Below the pieces are notes generated by a model. That model did no database searches, had not been told where the DNA came from, and was given only the letters and a program-made list of their open reading frames with translations. A stretch of DNA of 64,000 bases, taken from assembly GCA_965205015.1 (NCBI GenBank), contig OZ242029.1, positions 1,632,001-1,696,000 of the forward strand. Direction: 5' to 3'. Origin of the DNA: Candidatus Poribacteria bacterium (GTDB lineage: Bacteria > Poribacteria > WGA-4E > WGA-3G). Of this stretch, positions 1 through 9,042 are shown in pieces (positions within the stretch are counted from its first letter, which is position 1; each line of letters begins with the position of its first letter). The position numbers were made by a program, and so were the translations under genes.

Positions 1-1390
1 ACATCTTGAGCGTTGTGTGGATGTCGCGTTGTTGTTTTGGAATTAGAAAGGCGCGCGGTGGCTCATTCTTTCCTTTCGCTATAGCATTGAGCCCCATCTT
101 GTAAAAGTTTGTCTTCAGCGTTACCCGATGTTCCGCAGCGAAAGAGAGAATTGAGAGTGCCGCTGCCTTCTCATACTCTACGATATCTCGCAGTCGCCAC
201 CAGCCGCCGGGCCACGGTTCAGGAAAATTTGTACGGAGTGTGTATTTATCAAGCCCGCGCCGGTATCCTTTCAAAGTGTGATGCGGTTGGAAAATTGGCG
301 TTGCTATCTCCACGCGTGCCGCTTCCGTCAAAATGCCTACCATATTGTGGCGATAGGGGACCGTCCGAAATCCGCCGTGCCACCATGTGTCGTAGACGGC
401 ACTCGAAAGCACGCCTGTAAACCCGTCGCTCGTCAAATCGAAAGCGAGTTGCGCACCGATGAGCGAAAGCGTCCGTTGTAAAAGCGGCGGAATATTCGGG
501 TTGACCGGCTCAAAATAAGGGGGTATCACGAACCGGGGTCCTCGGTAACTCATCTCATGCACATCGTAGACAACCTCTGGAAACCACGCCTCATAAAGTA
601 CCTGCGTCAGTATCTGCGTCTCTATCTGGGTCAGCATAAACCAATCGCGGTTGTTATCGTGTCCCGTATATTTATGATACAACCACGGGATTTCTGACCC
701 TTCATAAGGTGTGCCGACAGTGCGATTATACCAATCCACCACGATGTCCAAACCGTCCGGATTCGCCGAGGGGATGAGCAGAATTATCACATTTTCAAGA
801 ATCTCTTCGAGTTGTGGTGTTTCAGTAGTTGCGAATTGATGTACAAGTTCCATCGACATCTGTGAAGAGGCGATCTCTGTAGAATGCAAATTACAATTAA
901 TCAGCACCACCGCTTTACCCTCTGCCGCAAGTGCATCCAATTCTGCCGCACTGTTTTCATTGATCGGTGCATTGGGCAGCGCGAGTCGTCTTTGAATCTG
1001 TTGGTAGTGTGCCACATTCTCTAAATTCTCTGGTGCGGAAATCAACAACATCAGAAAATCGTTGTCCTCTGTCGTTTTTCCAAGTTCTTCTAACAGCACC
1101 CGATCTGAATTCGCTGCCACATGCCGCATGTAATCAGAAACTGTCTGCCATCCTGCGACCTGATAGTCGGAACCGACTTGGAACCCGAGCACCTCTTCAG
1201 GAGTCATCAGTTGCGCATGTACCGGTTCCTGTAGCAACACAACGAACATTGTTATTATTAGCAACACACTGCGTATATGCCATAGGAGTATAGTATCGAC
1301 CTCCTTGTAGGAGCGAGCGCCGACTCGCGATGTTTTTCGTTGATAAAACGGAGGTATGAAATTGGCGTGAAAGAAGCCAGAGATTTTCAT
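1..1390 (-). CDS. M14-family zinc carboxypeptidase-like exported protein (3' end runs off the window)
   Basis: Manual translation from ATG 1390 (RBS AAGGA): MKISGFF...LLIITMFVVLLQEPVHAQ...NCNLHSTEIAS (HxxE)...PSANPDG...GHDNNRDWF...YDVHEM. Open to position 1 and absent from the ORF track. Confidence 0.85.
   Translation of the reverse strand, partial: MKISGFFHANFIPPFYQRKTSRVGARSYKEVDTILLWHIRSVLLIITMFVVLLQEPVHAQLMTPEEVLGFQVGSDYQVAGWQTVSDYMRHVAANSDRVLLEELGKTTEDNDFLMLLISAPENLENVAHYQQIQRRLALPNAPINENSAAELDALAAEGKAVVLINCNLHSTEIASSQMSMELVHQFATTETPQLEEILENVIILLIPSANPDGLDIVVDWYNRTVGTPYEGSEIPWLYHKYTGHDNNRDWFMLTQIETQILTQVLYEAWFPEVVYDVHEMSYRGPRFVIPPYFEPVNPNIPPLLQRTLSLIGAQLAFDLTSDGFTGVLSSAVYDTWWHGGFRTVPYRHNMVGILTEAARVEIATPIFQPHHTLKGYRRGLDKYTLRTNFPEPWPGGWWRLRDIVEYEKAAALSILSFAAEHRVTLKTNFYKMGLNAIAKGKNEPPRAFLIPKQQRDIHTTLKM
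1305..1331. repeat. GTAG-type REP-like palindrome inside the 5' end of the peptidase CDS
   Basis: gtaggagcgagcgccgactcgcga, read in frame as SRVGARSY on the minus strand. Confidence 0.55.
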
Positions 1391-1752
1391 GATAGGTTCC
1401 TTTTCTATGGAGGTATGCGGCTTAGTTTTTTTTTATATAAATACGCTGTCCTCAGCGGATTTTGTTATTTATGGTGAATTATGAAAATAAGTTTACATTA
1501 GAAGCGAAAACCCGTACCCCTGCTGGCGAGGTTTCCTAACCTCACCAATGTAAACGTAATTGTACACTTTACTATAGTATAATCACAGCCTGTGACTATG
1601 TCAAGTGAGGGGATTCAATTGTCGGTTTTCTATCCGTTGGGTGGGATGTCGCGATTGGGAGGGGCGGAGATCGGAGTTCCCTCCTACAAGAATGGCAGTC
1701 GGCAGTCAGCAGTCAGTAATATGAACTAAATAGCCCTGATGAGCCACATATG

Positions 1753-3112
1753 GTCACTTACCCCCATTTTTTTCTGAAGGTTTGTGGTGAAAGGTTTTTG
1801 TTGTAAAAAGTGTGAGAAAGTCAGTGGGTTTATGATAAAATACCTCCTTACGGCAACCGTTTGTAATCGAGTTTACAAAACATGTAAGGAGGTATTTTAT
1901 GAAAAAGAGATACCCAAAACGGGTAAATCCAGAAACAATGATAGCACGTTTTGGAGAAATCTTCAAGTCTGTTGGTATGAAAAAACCGGTTTTTCGGAAT
2001 CTGGTGTTGGTCTTGATAGCGATCAGTGTTGCCCCGACGTTTCGGATCAATGAAATTGCGTCGCGTTTGTCGCTCGTCGTCAAGCGGGAAAAGTCGAAAC
2101 AGAAAAGGTTTCTGCGTTTCCTTGACACCCCGTTGCCTGTGGATGCGCTGAAACGTGCTTGGTTTGTGTCGGTTGTAGGTTGGTTTTCCAAGGATGCCAA
2201 CGCTCATCTGTATTTGCTCGTTGATGAGACGTCTCTGATTGCCGGGTGGAAAGCACTTGTTGTTTCGATCCCGTTTCGGCATCGTGCGATCCCTGTCTTT
2301 TGGTTCATCTATAGCGATCAACAGCTTCACGAGGGTATCTATAAGAGTCATAATGAAATCATCCAATACTTCTGTGTTCATGTTTATCAAGAGGCTTTAG
2401 GGGTCGTGTCGCGGCATCAACAACGACCTGTTCTGGTGTTTGACCGTGGTTTTGGGCGTGCGCGATACGTCATCAAGTTTCTCAAGGCACGGGATATTGC
2501 GTTCGTGATGCGTGTTGCGAGGCATGTCGGTATCAGGCATGATGGGAGTCTGAAGAAACTTGATGACCTTGAAGCGGGCTGGTATCCGTATATCCTTTAT
2601 CAGTCGCAGGAGCAGATACCGCTTCAACTTTATATCCTCAGAGACGGTGCCTTTAAAGACCCGATGTATCTTATCTCAAATCGCCTCAGTGGACATCAGA
2701 TACATCACTGTTACAAAAGACGCATGCAGATTGAACACGGGTTCCGAGATATAAAGTCGTGCTTCGGCTTTGGCAAACTCGTCTTGAAAAAACCGACACA
2801 AACGCGTCTGGATGTTCTCTGGCTGTGTGCCTGCTTGGCTTATGGATTGGTGTTTATCAGTTATGAGAAGGTCGCCTCTACACACTGGCAGAAGGCACAT
2901 AATAGTAATAACAGAAAAACTTTTTCTGTTATTACTATTATCAAACGCGTGCTCACCGACTTATGGAACCAACATTTTCTCATCTCCTTTTTCACGCAGA
3001 TACATTCCAGGGGCGATCCGCCTTGGGAAACCCTTGGAAACTGACTTTCTCGCATACAAACCTGATGGCATCAACTACAATCTACTCTCGAAAAAAAATG
3101 GGGGTAAGTGAC
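1753..3112 (+). mobile_element. IS4-family insertion sequence (1360 bp)
   Basis: 21-bp TIR gtcacttacccccattttttt (1753-1773; inverse at 3092-3112) and 10-bp target duplication gccacatatg (1743-1752, 3113-3122). Confidence 0.95.
1899..3044 (+). CDS. IS4-family DDE transposase
   Basis: LLVDET, VFDRGF and YKRRMQIEHGFRDIK (YREK signature); lies between the TIRs. Confidence 0.92.
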   Translation: MKKRYPKRVNPETMIARFGEIFKSVGMKKPVFRNLVLVLIAISVAPTFRINEIASRLSLVVKREKSKQKRFLRFLDTPLPVDALKRAWFVSVVGWFSKDANAHLYLLVDETSLIAGWKALVVSIPFRHRAIPVFWFIYSDQQLHEGIYKSHNEIIQYFCVHVYQEALGVVSRHQQRPVLVFDRGFGRARYVIKFLKARDIAFVMRVARHVGIRHDGSLKKLDDLEAGWYPYILYQSQEQIPLQLYILRDGAFKDPMYLISNRLSGHQIHHCYKRRMQIEHGFRDIKSCFGFGKLVLKKPTQTRLDVLWLCACLAYGLVFISYEKVASTHWQKAHNSNNRKTFSVITIIKRVLTDLWNQHFLISFFTQIHSRGDPPWETLGN

Positions 3113-3262
3113 GCCACATATGCACTTGACTTTTTTCTGATTTTGTGGTATTGTAATAGGTGAAATATTTTTAGGGGCGCAACGCGCCGTAGTGTACGTT
3201 ACATTCGGCATTCATGGCAAAAAGAACGCTCTTTTATCTACGTCAGGAGGAAGGGGAAGATA

Positions 3263-3280
3263 ATGAAGGGCATTGTCTCA
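3263..3280 (+). pseudogene. Probable original 5' end (MKGIVS...) of the HEAT-repeat lipoprotein gene, cut off by the tnpB element
   Basis: Purine-rich RBS aggaggaagggg then ATG 3263. The element left-end hairpin follows immediately and the signal peptide continues after 4652. Confidence 0.55.
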
Positions 3281-3343
3281 CAATCCCACTGCTTTAGCTG
3301 TGGGTCAACCCCCGTAACGCCCGTGCTGGTGTCAAAAAAACAT

Positions 3344-3372
3344 TTGCAATTGCCTTAGAAATGTGGTATAAT
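3344..3372 (+). promoter_or_regulatory. sigma70-type promoter of tnpB-1
   Basis: TTGCAA-N17-TATAAT with extended -10 TG. Confidence 0.7.
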
Positions 3373-3376
3373 TACA

Positions 3377-3464
3377 ATATCTCGTTGGCAAGCATTATCA
3401 GCGTTACCGCTTGGTAACGTGCTTGCCTCCCACTGATAAGGGGATAAATCGAGATACGAGATAT
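3377..3464 (+). ncRNA. Structured pseudoknotted 5' leader RNA, copy 1
   Basis: P1 atatctcg/cgagatat; P2 ggcaagca/tgcttgcc; hairpin cgttacc-gctt-ggtaacg; pseudoknot ttatcag/ctgataa; ccc/ggg stem. Confidence 0.75.
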
Positions 3465-3471
3465 ACCACAA

Positions 3472-4564
3472 ATGGCACATAAATCCCATAAGATAGCACT
3501 TCGGGCTACACCCAAGGAAGACGCATGGTTTCGCAGTCAATGCGGTTATGCGCGATTTGCGTCTAACGCTGCTCTCTCTGATTTTAGAGGCGGCTTAGAT
3601 GCTGATATATTTTATTCAGGCATTGATCTCAATAATCGCTTTAATCAAAGGAAAAAAAGCGTATGAATGGACGAAAGCACAGGATCAACGTGCTGCGTTA
3701 TATGCTATTAAAAACCTCACAGGAGGTATAAACCGCTGGAAGGATAAGATCAGTGGATTCCCAAAGTTCAAAAGACGCGGGCATAGGTTATCCTATACCA
3801 CAGACGAACAATCAGTAAGAGTAGAAGGAAAGCGTATCAAGTTGCCCAAAATCGGTTGGGTAAAGATGTTTCAAGAGTTGCGTTTTGAAGGTGAGATCAT
3901 CCGTGTTACCATATCCAAGACGGCACATAGGTGGTTTGTCTCTATCACCGTTGACACAGGAACACCAACCCCCCCACGTGATATACGTGGACTCCCTGTT
4001 ATCGGCGTAGACGTAGGTATCAACTCACTTGCCACCCTTGATACAGGTAAACACTATGAGAACCCAAGACCTTTGAAACGCTATGAGCGAAAACTTGCGA
4101 CAGAGCAGCGCAAGTTAAGTCGTAAGAAGTTTCTATCCAACAATTGGTATAAGCAAAAAGAGAAAGTCGCGAAGGTTCATTACAAGATTGCTTGTATCCG
4201 AAAGGACGCGCACCACCAAGCGACCACAGAGATTGTGAATACGGCGAGTGCGATTGGCATAGAAACCCTGAAAGTTACGAACCTGCTCAAGAACAGGAAA
4301 CTTGCCAAGACATTATCAGATTCAGCCCTTGGCGGTTTCCTTGAGAAACTCAAATCCAAAGCAAAAGTGCTTGGGATACCGCTCAGAGAAGCCCCCCACT
4401 TTTTTGCTTCGAGTAAAACGTGTAGTAGTTGTGGGTATGTCAAAGACGAACTATCGTTATCGAAGCGTGTGTTTCACTGTGATTGGTGCGATACGAAAAT
4501 AGACAGGGACCAAAACGCTGCGATAAATCTCAAGAAGCTCGCCGTGGGCTACACGGAGAGTTAA
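3472..4564 (+). pseudogene. tnpB: TnpB RNA-guided endonuclease, frameshifted in an A7 run (~3652-3658)
   Basis: ORF 3472-3666 carries the N-terminus. ORF 3599-4564 carries GFPKFK, VIGVDVG, IGIETL, Zn finger CSSC...CDWC and DRDQNAA. Removing one A fuses them. Confidence 0.85.
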
Positions 4565-4608
4565 AACGCTTGTGGAGTTTGTGTAAGACCTCCACAGGGA
4601 GGCTACGA

Positions 4609-5844
4609 ATGAAGAAACAAGAATCCCACGACTTTAGGCGTGGGAGTATCAAAAGGGTTGTGATTATTCCACTGGTTGTCTTACTGCTTGCGGGTGTCGG
4701 TTGTGAGACAAAGCAAAAGGGTCCGAGCAATCTATCTGTAGGCAGAAGTAAATTGATTGACAGCGGTAACGCCTTGGAGGCAGTTGACCACCTCGAAAAA
4801 GCTGAACAGGAAGAGGTCAATAAACTGGAACCCCGTGCTCTACTCGTTATCGCTTACTCTCACGGGCTTTCGACGGGAAGCGCAAGTAGTCACGGCGTTG
4901 AAGCCAAGTTCAAAAATCAACGAGCACAACGGATACAAGAACTTACCGAGGCTGAGATAAAGCAAATCCTACAAATTCTCAGCACGCCCTCGCGGGTCCA
5001 AAAAGATGGCTTACAGGCACTTGTGGACAAGGGACCTGAAGCATCGGTAATTATTCTCGACAGCCTCATCAAAGGAAGGTATCCGTCGCTTCATGCAAAT
5101 TTTACGGAAATGCTGATTCAGATAGGGACTGATGCTCTTGATTTGGTTTTAGCGAAGCTGACTGATGAAACGACGCCACCTGCTGTCAAGGTTAAACTCG
5201 TTCAGGTCCTCGCTGAGATCGGCGACGCGAAAGCCATAGATGCATTAAAAGCGGTTCAAAGTGGAACGAGTGAAGCGGGTTTGGCGATGGAAATTAACAC
5301 GACGCTCTATCAGCTGGGTGAGGAATCCTATAAAAAGGACATCATCGCCGGTTTAAGTCATAGTGATGTTGTCGTCCGACGCGCCGCTGCGAAAGCCATG
5401 GCAAATCTCGGCGATGTGGCATCCAAAACACTCATTGCAGGGTTAAAAGATACCGACTCTGAAGTCGTTGCATCACTTGTGGAAGCGCTCGCAGTGCATC
5501 GCGATGCTGACGCTGTCGATGAACTCGTAAATATTCTGACCGGTGGATTGAGCAAGGATCCGAAGCAAGCAGCGATTAATACACTCGACATTTATGGACA
5601 AAACAAGCTTGCGAGAGGCTTGGCAAAGCGCATTACAATGCTGCTCATTGGCGGAACTGTTAGTGAGGCAGACAATCGGCTCCATCTCGTTCAACTTCTG
5701 AAGCGGGAACCGTTTCTGAAGCAGATTCAGGTGACAGAATTGTACGACAACCTTGAGTTCAAGCTTTATGAATATCATAAAGAAAAAGAACAGAGCGAAC
5801 TCGTTAAAACGTCGCTTAAACAACTCCTTGATGCACTTCAGTAA
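4609..5844 (+). CDS. HEAT-repeat lipoprotein (paralog A); start codon supplied by the element right end
   Basis: Lipobox LLAGVGC; HEAT/PBS-like repeats (VVRRAAAKAMANLGD); ATG 4609 with AGGGAGG upstream. Confidence 0.75.
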   Translation: MKKQESHDFRRGSIKRVVIIPLVVLLLAGVGCETKQKGPSNLSVGRSKLIDSGNALEAVDHLEKAEQEEVNKLEPRALLVIAYSHGLSTGSASSHGVEAKFKNQRAQRIQELTEAEIKQILQILSTPSRVQKDGLQALVDKGPEASVIILDSLIKGRYPSLHANFTEMLIQIGTDALDLVLAKLTDETTPPAVKVKLVQVLAEIGDAKAIDALKAVQSGTSEAGLAMEINTTLYQLGEESYKKDIIAGLSHSDVVVRRAAAKAMANLGDVASKTLIAGLKDTDSEVVASLVEALAVHRDADAVDELVNILTGGLSKDPKQAAINTLDIYGQNKLARGLAKRITMLLIGGTVSEADNRLHLVQLLKREPFLKQIQVTELYDNLEFKLYEYHKEKEQSELVKTSLKQLLDALQ

Positions 5845-5888
5845 GTCTGTGATAGACCCAAGTCTAAAGACTTGGGCTTCTGCAATCG

Positions 5889-7100
5889 TTACGCAGAAGC
5901 ATTTGTGGATTTCAGAATCGGATGGTTGGATTCAACGGAGCAGCCTACGATCTTGTCAAACAAAACAATAGGACTTACAACCCCTAAGCCAAAGGAAGCT
6001 ATCCCTTCCTTAAGAATATTCAGCGCAGCGTTCTCGTCGCGGTCAAGGTGCGTATTGCAACTTGGACACGTCCAGTCCCTGTCTGCTAACGTGAGGTTTT
6101 GATTTTTATGTCCACAAACACAACAGGCTTTTGTCGTCGGAGACCACCGATTGATTTTCAGCACGGAGCGAATACGCTTATGAGACTGGTGCTTGAGTTT
6201 CCGCAGGAACTCACCAAACGCAAGATCCGAGACCTGTTTCCCCCACAAGCGTTTCATACCCGCAAGGTTCAGGTCCTCAAAGAACAGTATATCAAACTTA
6301 CGACACAGTTCTATCGCCAGTTTCCAATGGTGATCTGTCCGTTGGTTCGCCGTTTTCTTGTGGATACGCGCAACGGTCTTGCGTTCGCGTTCTTGGTTGT
6401 TAGACCCTTTGACCTTACGGGAATACGCCTTTTGTGCTTCCGCTAACTTTTCAGCGTTCTGTTTGTAGAACATCGGAGACGTATATCTATGACCATCACT
6501 GCCAATCAGAAAGTCCTTGATACCCATATCAAACCCTTCAGCTTTACCCGTCTTGGGTTCGATCTTGATTTCGGTATAGTCTTCTGTCAGCGTAATATAC
6601 ATATCTCCGAGGGCATCTCGTGTTACGTGAACTTCGATGATGTGTCCCTCGATTTCACGATGCAGGGCGAAGCGATACCAACGTCCATTCAGTCGGATTT
6701 TATAGGTCGGGTGATTTCTTTGGTTTTTCTGCTTATCCAACACTTTTTCAAGCTTGACCTGTTCACCCCGAAACGTCATCCCTTTGTGTTTCTTGCAAGA
6801 CTTGAACTTTGGGTGACCTCTGCCAAGGGTTTTCATTTCTCTAAAGGATTGTGCCAAACGCTTTAGCACATTTTGCAACGCCCAAGAGTAAGGGATATTC
6901 CAATGCTGATACTTCTCAAGTTTCTTCAGTTTCGTCAAATGTTTCGACAGTTTCACATACGAAAGTCCCTTACCATAGCGGCGGTAATATCGCATACAGA
7001 GTGCCAAAAAATGATTTTTCACAACGCCACAGATATTGCAATCGTCGTGCAAGTGACGCAACGTCTTATCCTTGAAAAGTTTATGGGTCGTGTTTCGCAT
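5889..7100 (-). CDS. tnpB: TnpB RNA-guided endonuclease, intact RuvC D-E-D
   Basis: GHPKFK, EGFDMG, FFEDLNL, CCVC...CPSC, DRDENAA. Confidence 0.93.
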   Translation of the reverse strand: MRNTTHKLFKDKTLRHLHDDCNICGVVKNHFLALCMRYYRRYGKGLSYVKLSKHLTKLKKLEKYQHWNIPYSWALQNVLKRLAQSFREMKTLGRGHPKFKSCKKHKGMTFRGEQVKLEKVLDKQKNQRNHPTYKIRLNGRWYRFALHREIEGHIIEVHVTRDALGDMYITLTEDYTEIKIEPKTGKAEGFDMGIKDFLIGSDGHRYTSPMFYKQNAEKLAEAQKAYSRKVKGSNNQERERKTVARIHKKTANQRTDHHWKLAIELCRKFDILFFEDLNLAGMKRLWGKQVSDLAFGEFLRKLKHQSHKRIRSVLKINRWSPTTKACCVCGHKNQNLTLADRDWTCPSCNTHLDRDENAALNILKEGIASFGLGVVSPIVLFDKIVGCSVESNHPILKSTNASA

Positions 7101-7106
7101 GGACTT

Positions 7107-7195
7107 TCAAGTCTCAAGTCTTTAACCCCTATACAGTGGGTGAGACCGACACGTAACCTTGCGGTTATGCTGTATATGTCGGTCCAACTTGATAT
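7107..7195 (-). ncRNA. Structured pseudoknotted 5' leader RNA, copy 2
   Basis: Minus strand: tcaagt/acttga; gaccgaca/tgtcggtc; hairpin taacc-gcaa-ggtta; pseudoknot tatacag/ctgtata; ccc/ggg. Confidence 0.75.
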
Positions 7196-7199
7196 TCTC

Positions 7200-7229
7200 A
7201 TTATACCACACTTTCGGACCAAATGTCAA
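7200..7229 (-). promoter_or_regulatory. sigma70-type promoter of tnpB-2
   Basis: TTGACA-N18-TATAAT on the minus strand. Confidence 0.75.
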
Positions 7230-7601
7230 GCAAAAAATGAACGCTTTGGTCCTTTCCAAGAGGGCGAGACTGTATCCCAAAGCTAAAGCATTGGGTTTTC
7301 GTCTCGGAAGTTTAGATAATTTGTTTCTTATCTGTCTGTACTTAAATTGTTGACAGAAAAATGTATTTATTTTAGAATATTCTTTACGTCAGTACTTGCC
7401 CAGATGTGTAATCCCTGTTTGGGAGGTTTGAATACGTTGTGATATGAAGAACCTACGGTTTTTCCTGCCAAACGCTACTGAAAAGTATTGGATCGACACT
7501 GTTTTATCTGTTTGCAAGTTGCGCACTATCTTCATGGAGTAGGCAACCGGCACGAACGGGTAAGTCTAATCGAGATTTCAGGAGGAAAAGAAAAACGGAA
7601 C

Positions 7602-8792
7602 ATGAAAAAACTTTTGCTGATATTACTACTGATAGGAGTCGTGAGTTTCGGCTGTCGGCAGGAACAGGTCATCACCCAACTTGAAGTGGGTAGGAGTAAG
7701 TTGTTAGACGCAGGGCTCACACTGGAAGCTGTCCAGCATCTTGAGAATGCTGAAAACGAAGAACAAAACAAAGTTGAACCTCGTGCACTCCTAATTATTG
7801 CTTATAGCCATGCTATTTCAACGGGCGCGGCAAGATTGCATAATGTGGAAGCCAGATATCAAACTGAACGTGATCGCCGTGTCGGTGAATTAGGCGAATA
7901 TGAGATGAAGAGGATTCTACATATCCTTGGGGAACGCCATAGGGTTCAGAAAGATGCCATGCAGGTTCTCGTTGATAAAGGGGCGCCCGCCGTGCCTTTC
8001 CTGTTAGAGGACCTCGTTAAAAACCGCTATCGCAACGTCCATGGTGACTTCGTTCAAATTTTGAAAGACATCGGTAGCCCGGCTATTAACGACCTCCTCG
8101 AGGCGGTTGGTGACAGCAAGACACCCGCTGCTGTGAAAATTCAACTCGTCCGTATCGTAGGAGATATAGGAGACGCATCCGCCATCACTAAGTTAGAGGC
8201 ACTCCATAATGCAACCCCTGATGAAGGGTTGAAGATGGAAATTAACACCGCACTCTATCATCTCGGAAACGAAGAGGCCGAATCAAAAATCGTTGAGGGC
8301 TTGACCCATGCGAACCCCGTTGTCCGACGCGCCGCCGCAAAGTCTATGATGTTCCTCAAAGAACACCCAACTGACATGTTGATTGATGCGCTTGACGATT
8401 CCGATGACACCGTGCGTATGGACATTGCTAAAGCGCTGCAGAAATATCCTGACGCGGGTGCTGTTGACGGTCTTGTCGCAATCCTCACAAACGGCTCAAG
8501 TCTCAATACGAAGCAAACCGCTATCGATACTTTGAACCTTTACGCCGAAAACGGACTCGCTGATGGATTGGCTGGACGTTTGATCGTGTTATTAGCGAAC
8601 CCTGAAGTTGTTGACCATGAAGATAGGCTCCGTATCGTTCAACTTCTCAAAAAACCTGCTTTGATAAAACAGATTCAGGAGGCTGACCAGTACGACAATC
8701 TGCCCCATAAGCTTGACGTTTACTTCAGGGAGAACGAAACCAACGATATGGTGAAAGACGCACTCAATGAACTCCTCCTTGTGCTTGAGTAG
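7602..8792 (+). CDS. HEAT-repeat lipoprotein (paralog B)
   Basis: MKKLLLILLLIGVVSFGC lipobox; colinear with paralog A (VGRSKLLD, EPRALLIIAYSH, LKMEINTALY, VVRRAAAK). Confidence 0.85.
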   Translation: MKKLLLILLLIGVVSFGCRQEQVITQLEVGRSKLLDAGLTLEAVQHLENAENEEQNKVEPRALLIIAYSHAISTGAARLHNVEARYQTERDRRVGELGEYEMKRILHILGERHRVQKDAMQVLVDKGAPAVPFLLEDLVKNRYRNVHGDFVQILKDIGSPAINDLLEAVGDSKTPAAVKIQLVRIVGDIGDASAITKLEALHNATPDEGLKMEINTALYHLGNEEAESKIVEGLTHANPVVRRAAAKSMMFLKEHPTDMLIDALDDSDDTVRMDIAKALQKYPDAGAVDGLVAILTNGSSLNTKQTAIDTLNLYAENGLADGLAGRLIVLLANPEVVDHEDRLRIVQLLKKPALIKQIQEADQYDNLPHKLDVYFRENETNDMVKDALNELLLVLE

Positions 8793-9042
8793 ATACTTTT
8801 AATTGTTCGCAAAGCGTTAAATGAGGGGTCTTTGTTTATTGAATGTTTCTCTTCTATCCGCCTGCGTGTTTTTGCTTGGGGTTTTGCTTGGGTGTTTCTG
8901 CGTATTTCTGCGTATTGTTGCAGGCTGCTGTCTTAAGATAATTGTCGTAACGGTAGCCCGTAAGCGTAGCGGAGGGCGGATTAACGTGTGGTTACCTTGA
9001 TATACCAATCCACCTGACCGACCTGCAAGGTAAAATTAAAAA

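Larger units (their letters stand above)
3281..4652 (+). mobile_element. IS200/IS605-family tnpB-only (IS1341-like) element 1; left boundary approximate
   Basis: Subterminal hairpins cccactgctttagctgtggg (left) and cccacgactttaggcgtggg (right); right end TCAA at 4649-4652; tnpB inside, no tnpA. Confidence 0.85.
5849..7315 (-). mobile_element. IS200/IS605-family tnpB-only element 2; left boundary approximate
   Basis: Right-end hairpin cccaagtct-aa-agacttggg (5857-5876) followed by TCAC on the minus strand; left-end hairpin cccaaagctaaagcattggg (7276-7295). Confidence 0.85.

Noticed and set aside
3377-3464. Leader RNA as a hammerhead or HDV-like ribozyme, or the element as an IStron
   Set aside because: The CUGAnGA/GAAA core is not conserved across copies, the helix order does not fit the HDV fold, and the region is too short for a group I intron.
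4483-4608. N-terminal extension of the HEAT lipoprotein ORF
   Set aside because: It overlaps the tnpB 3' end; ATG 4609 has the RBS and gives a normal signal-peptide length.
7330-7600. Long leader of HEAT paralog B as a riboswitch
   Set aside because: No recognisable riboswitch consensus and no second copy for covariation.
8860-8925. Short tandem repeats (ttttgcttggg x2, tttctgcgta x2)
   Set aside because: Only two copies each in an intergenic region, with no supporting structure.
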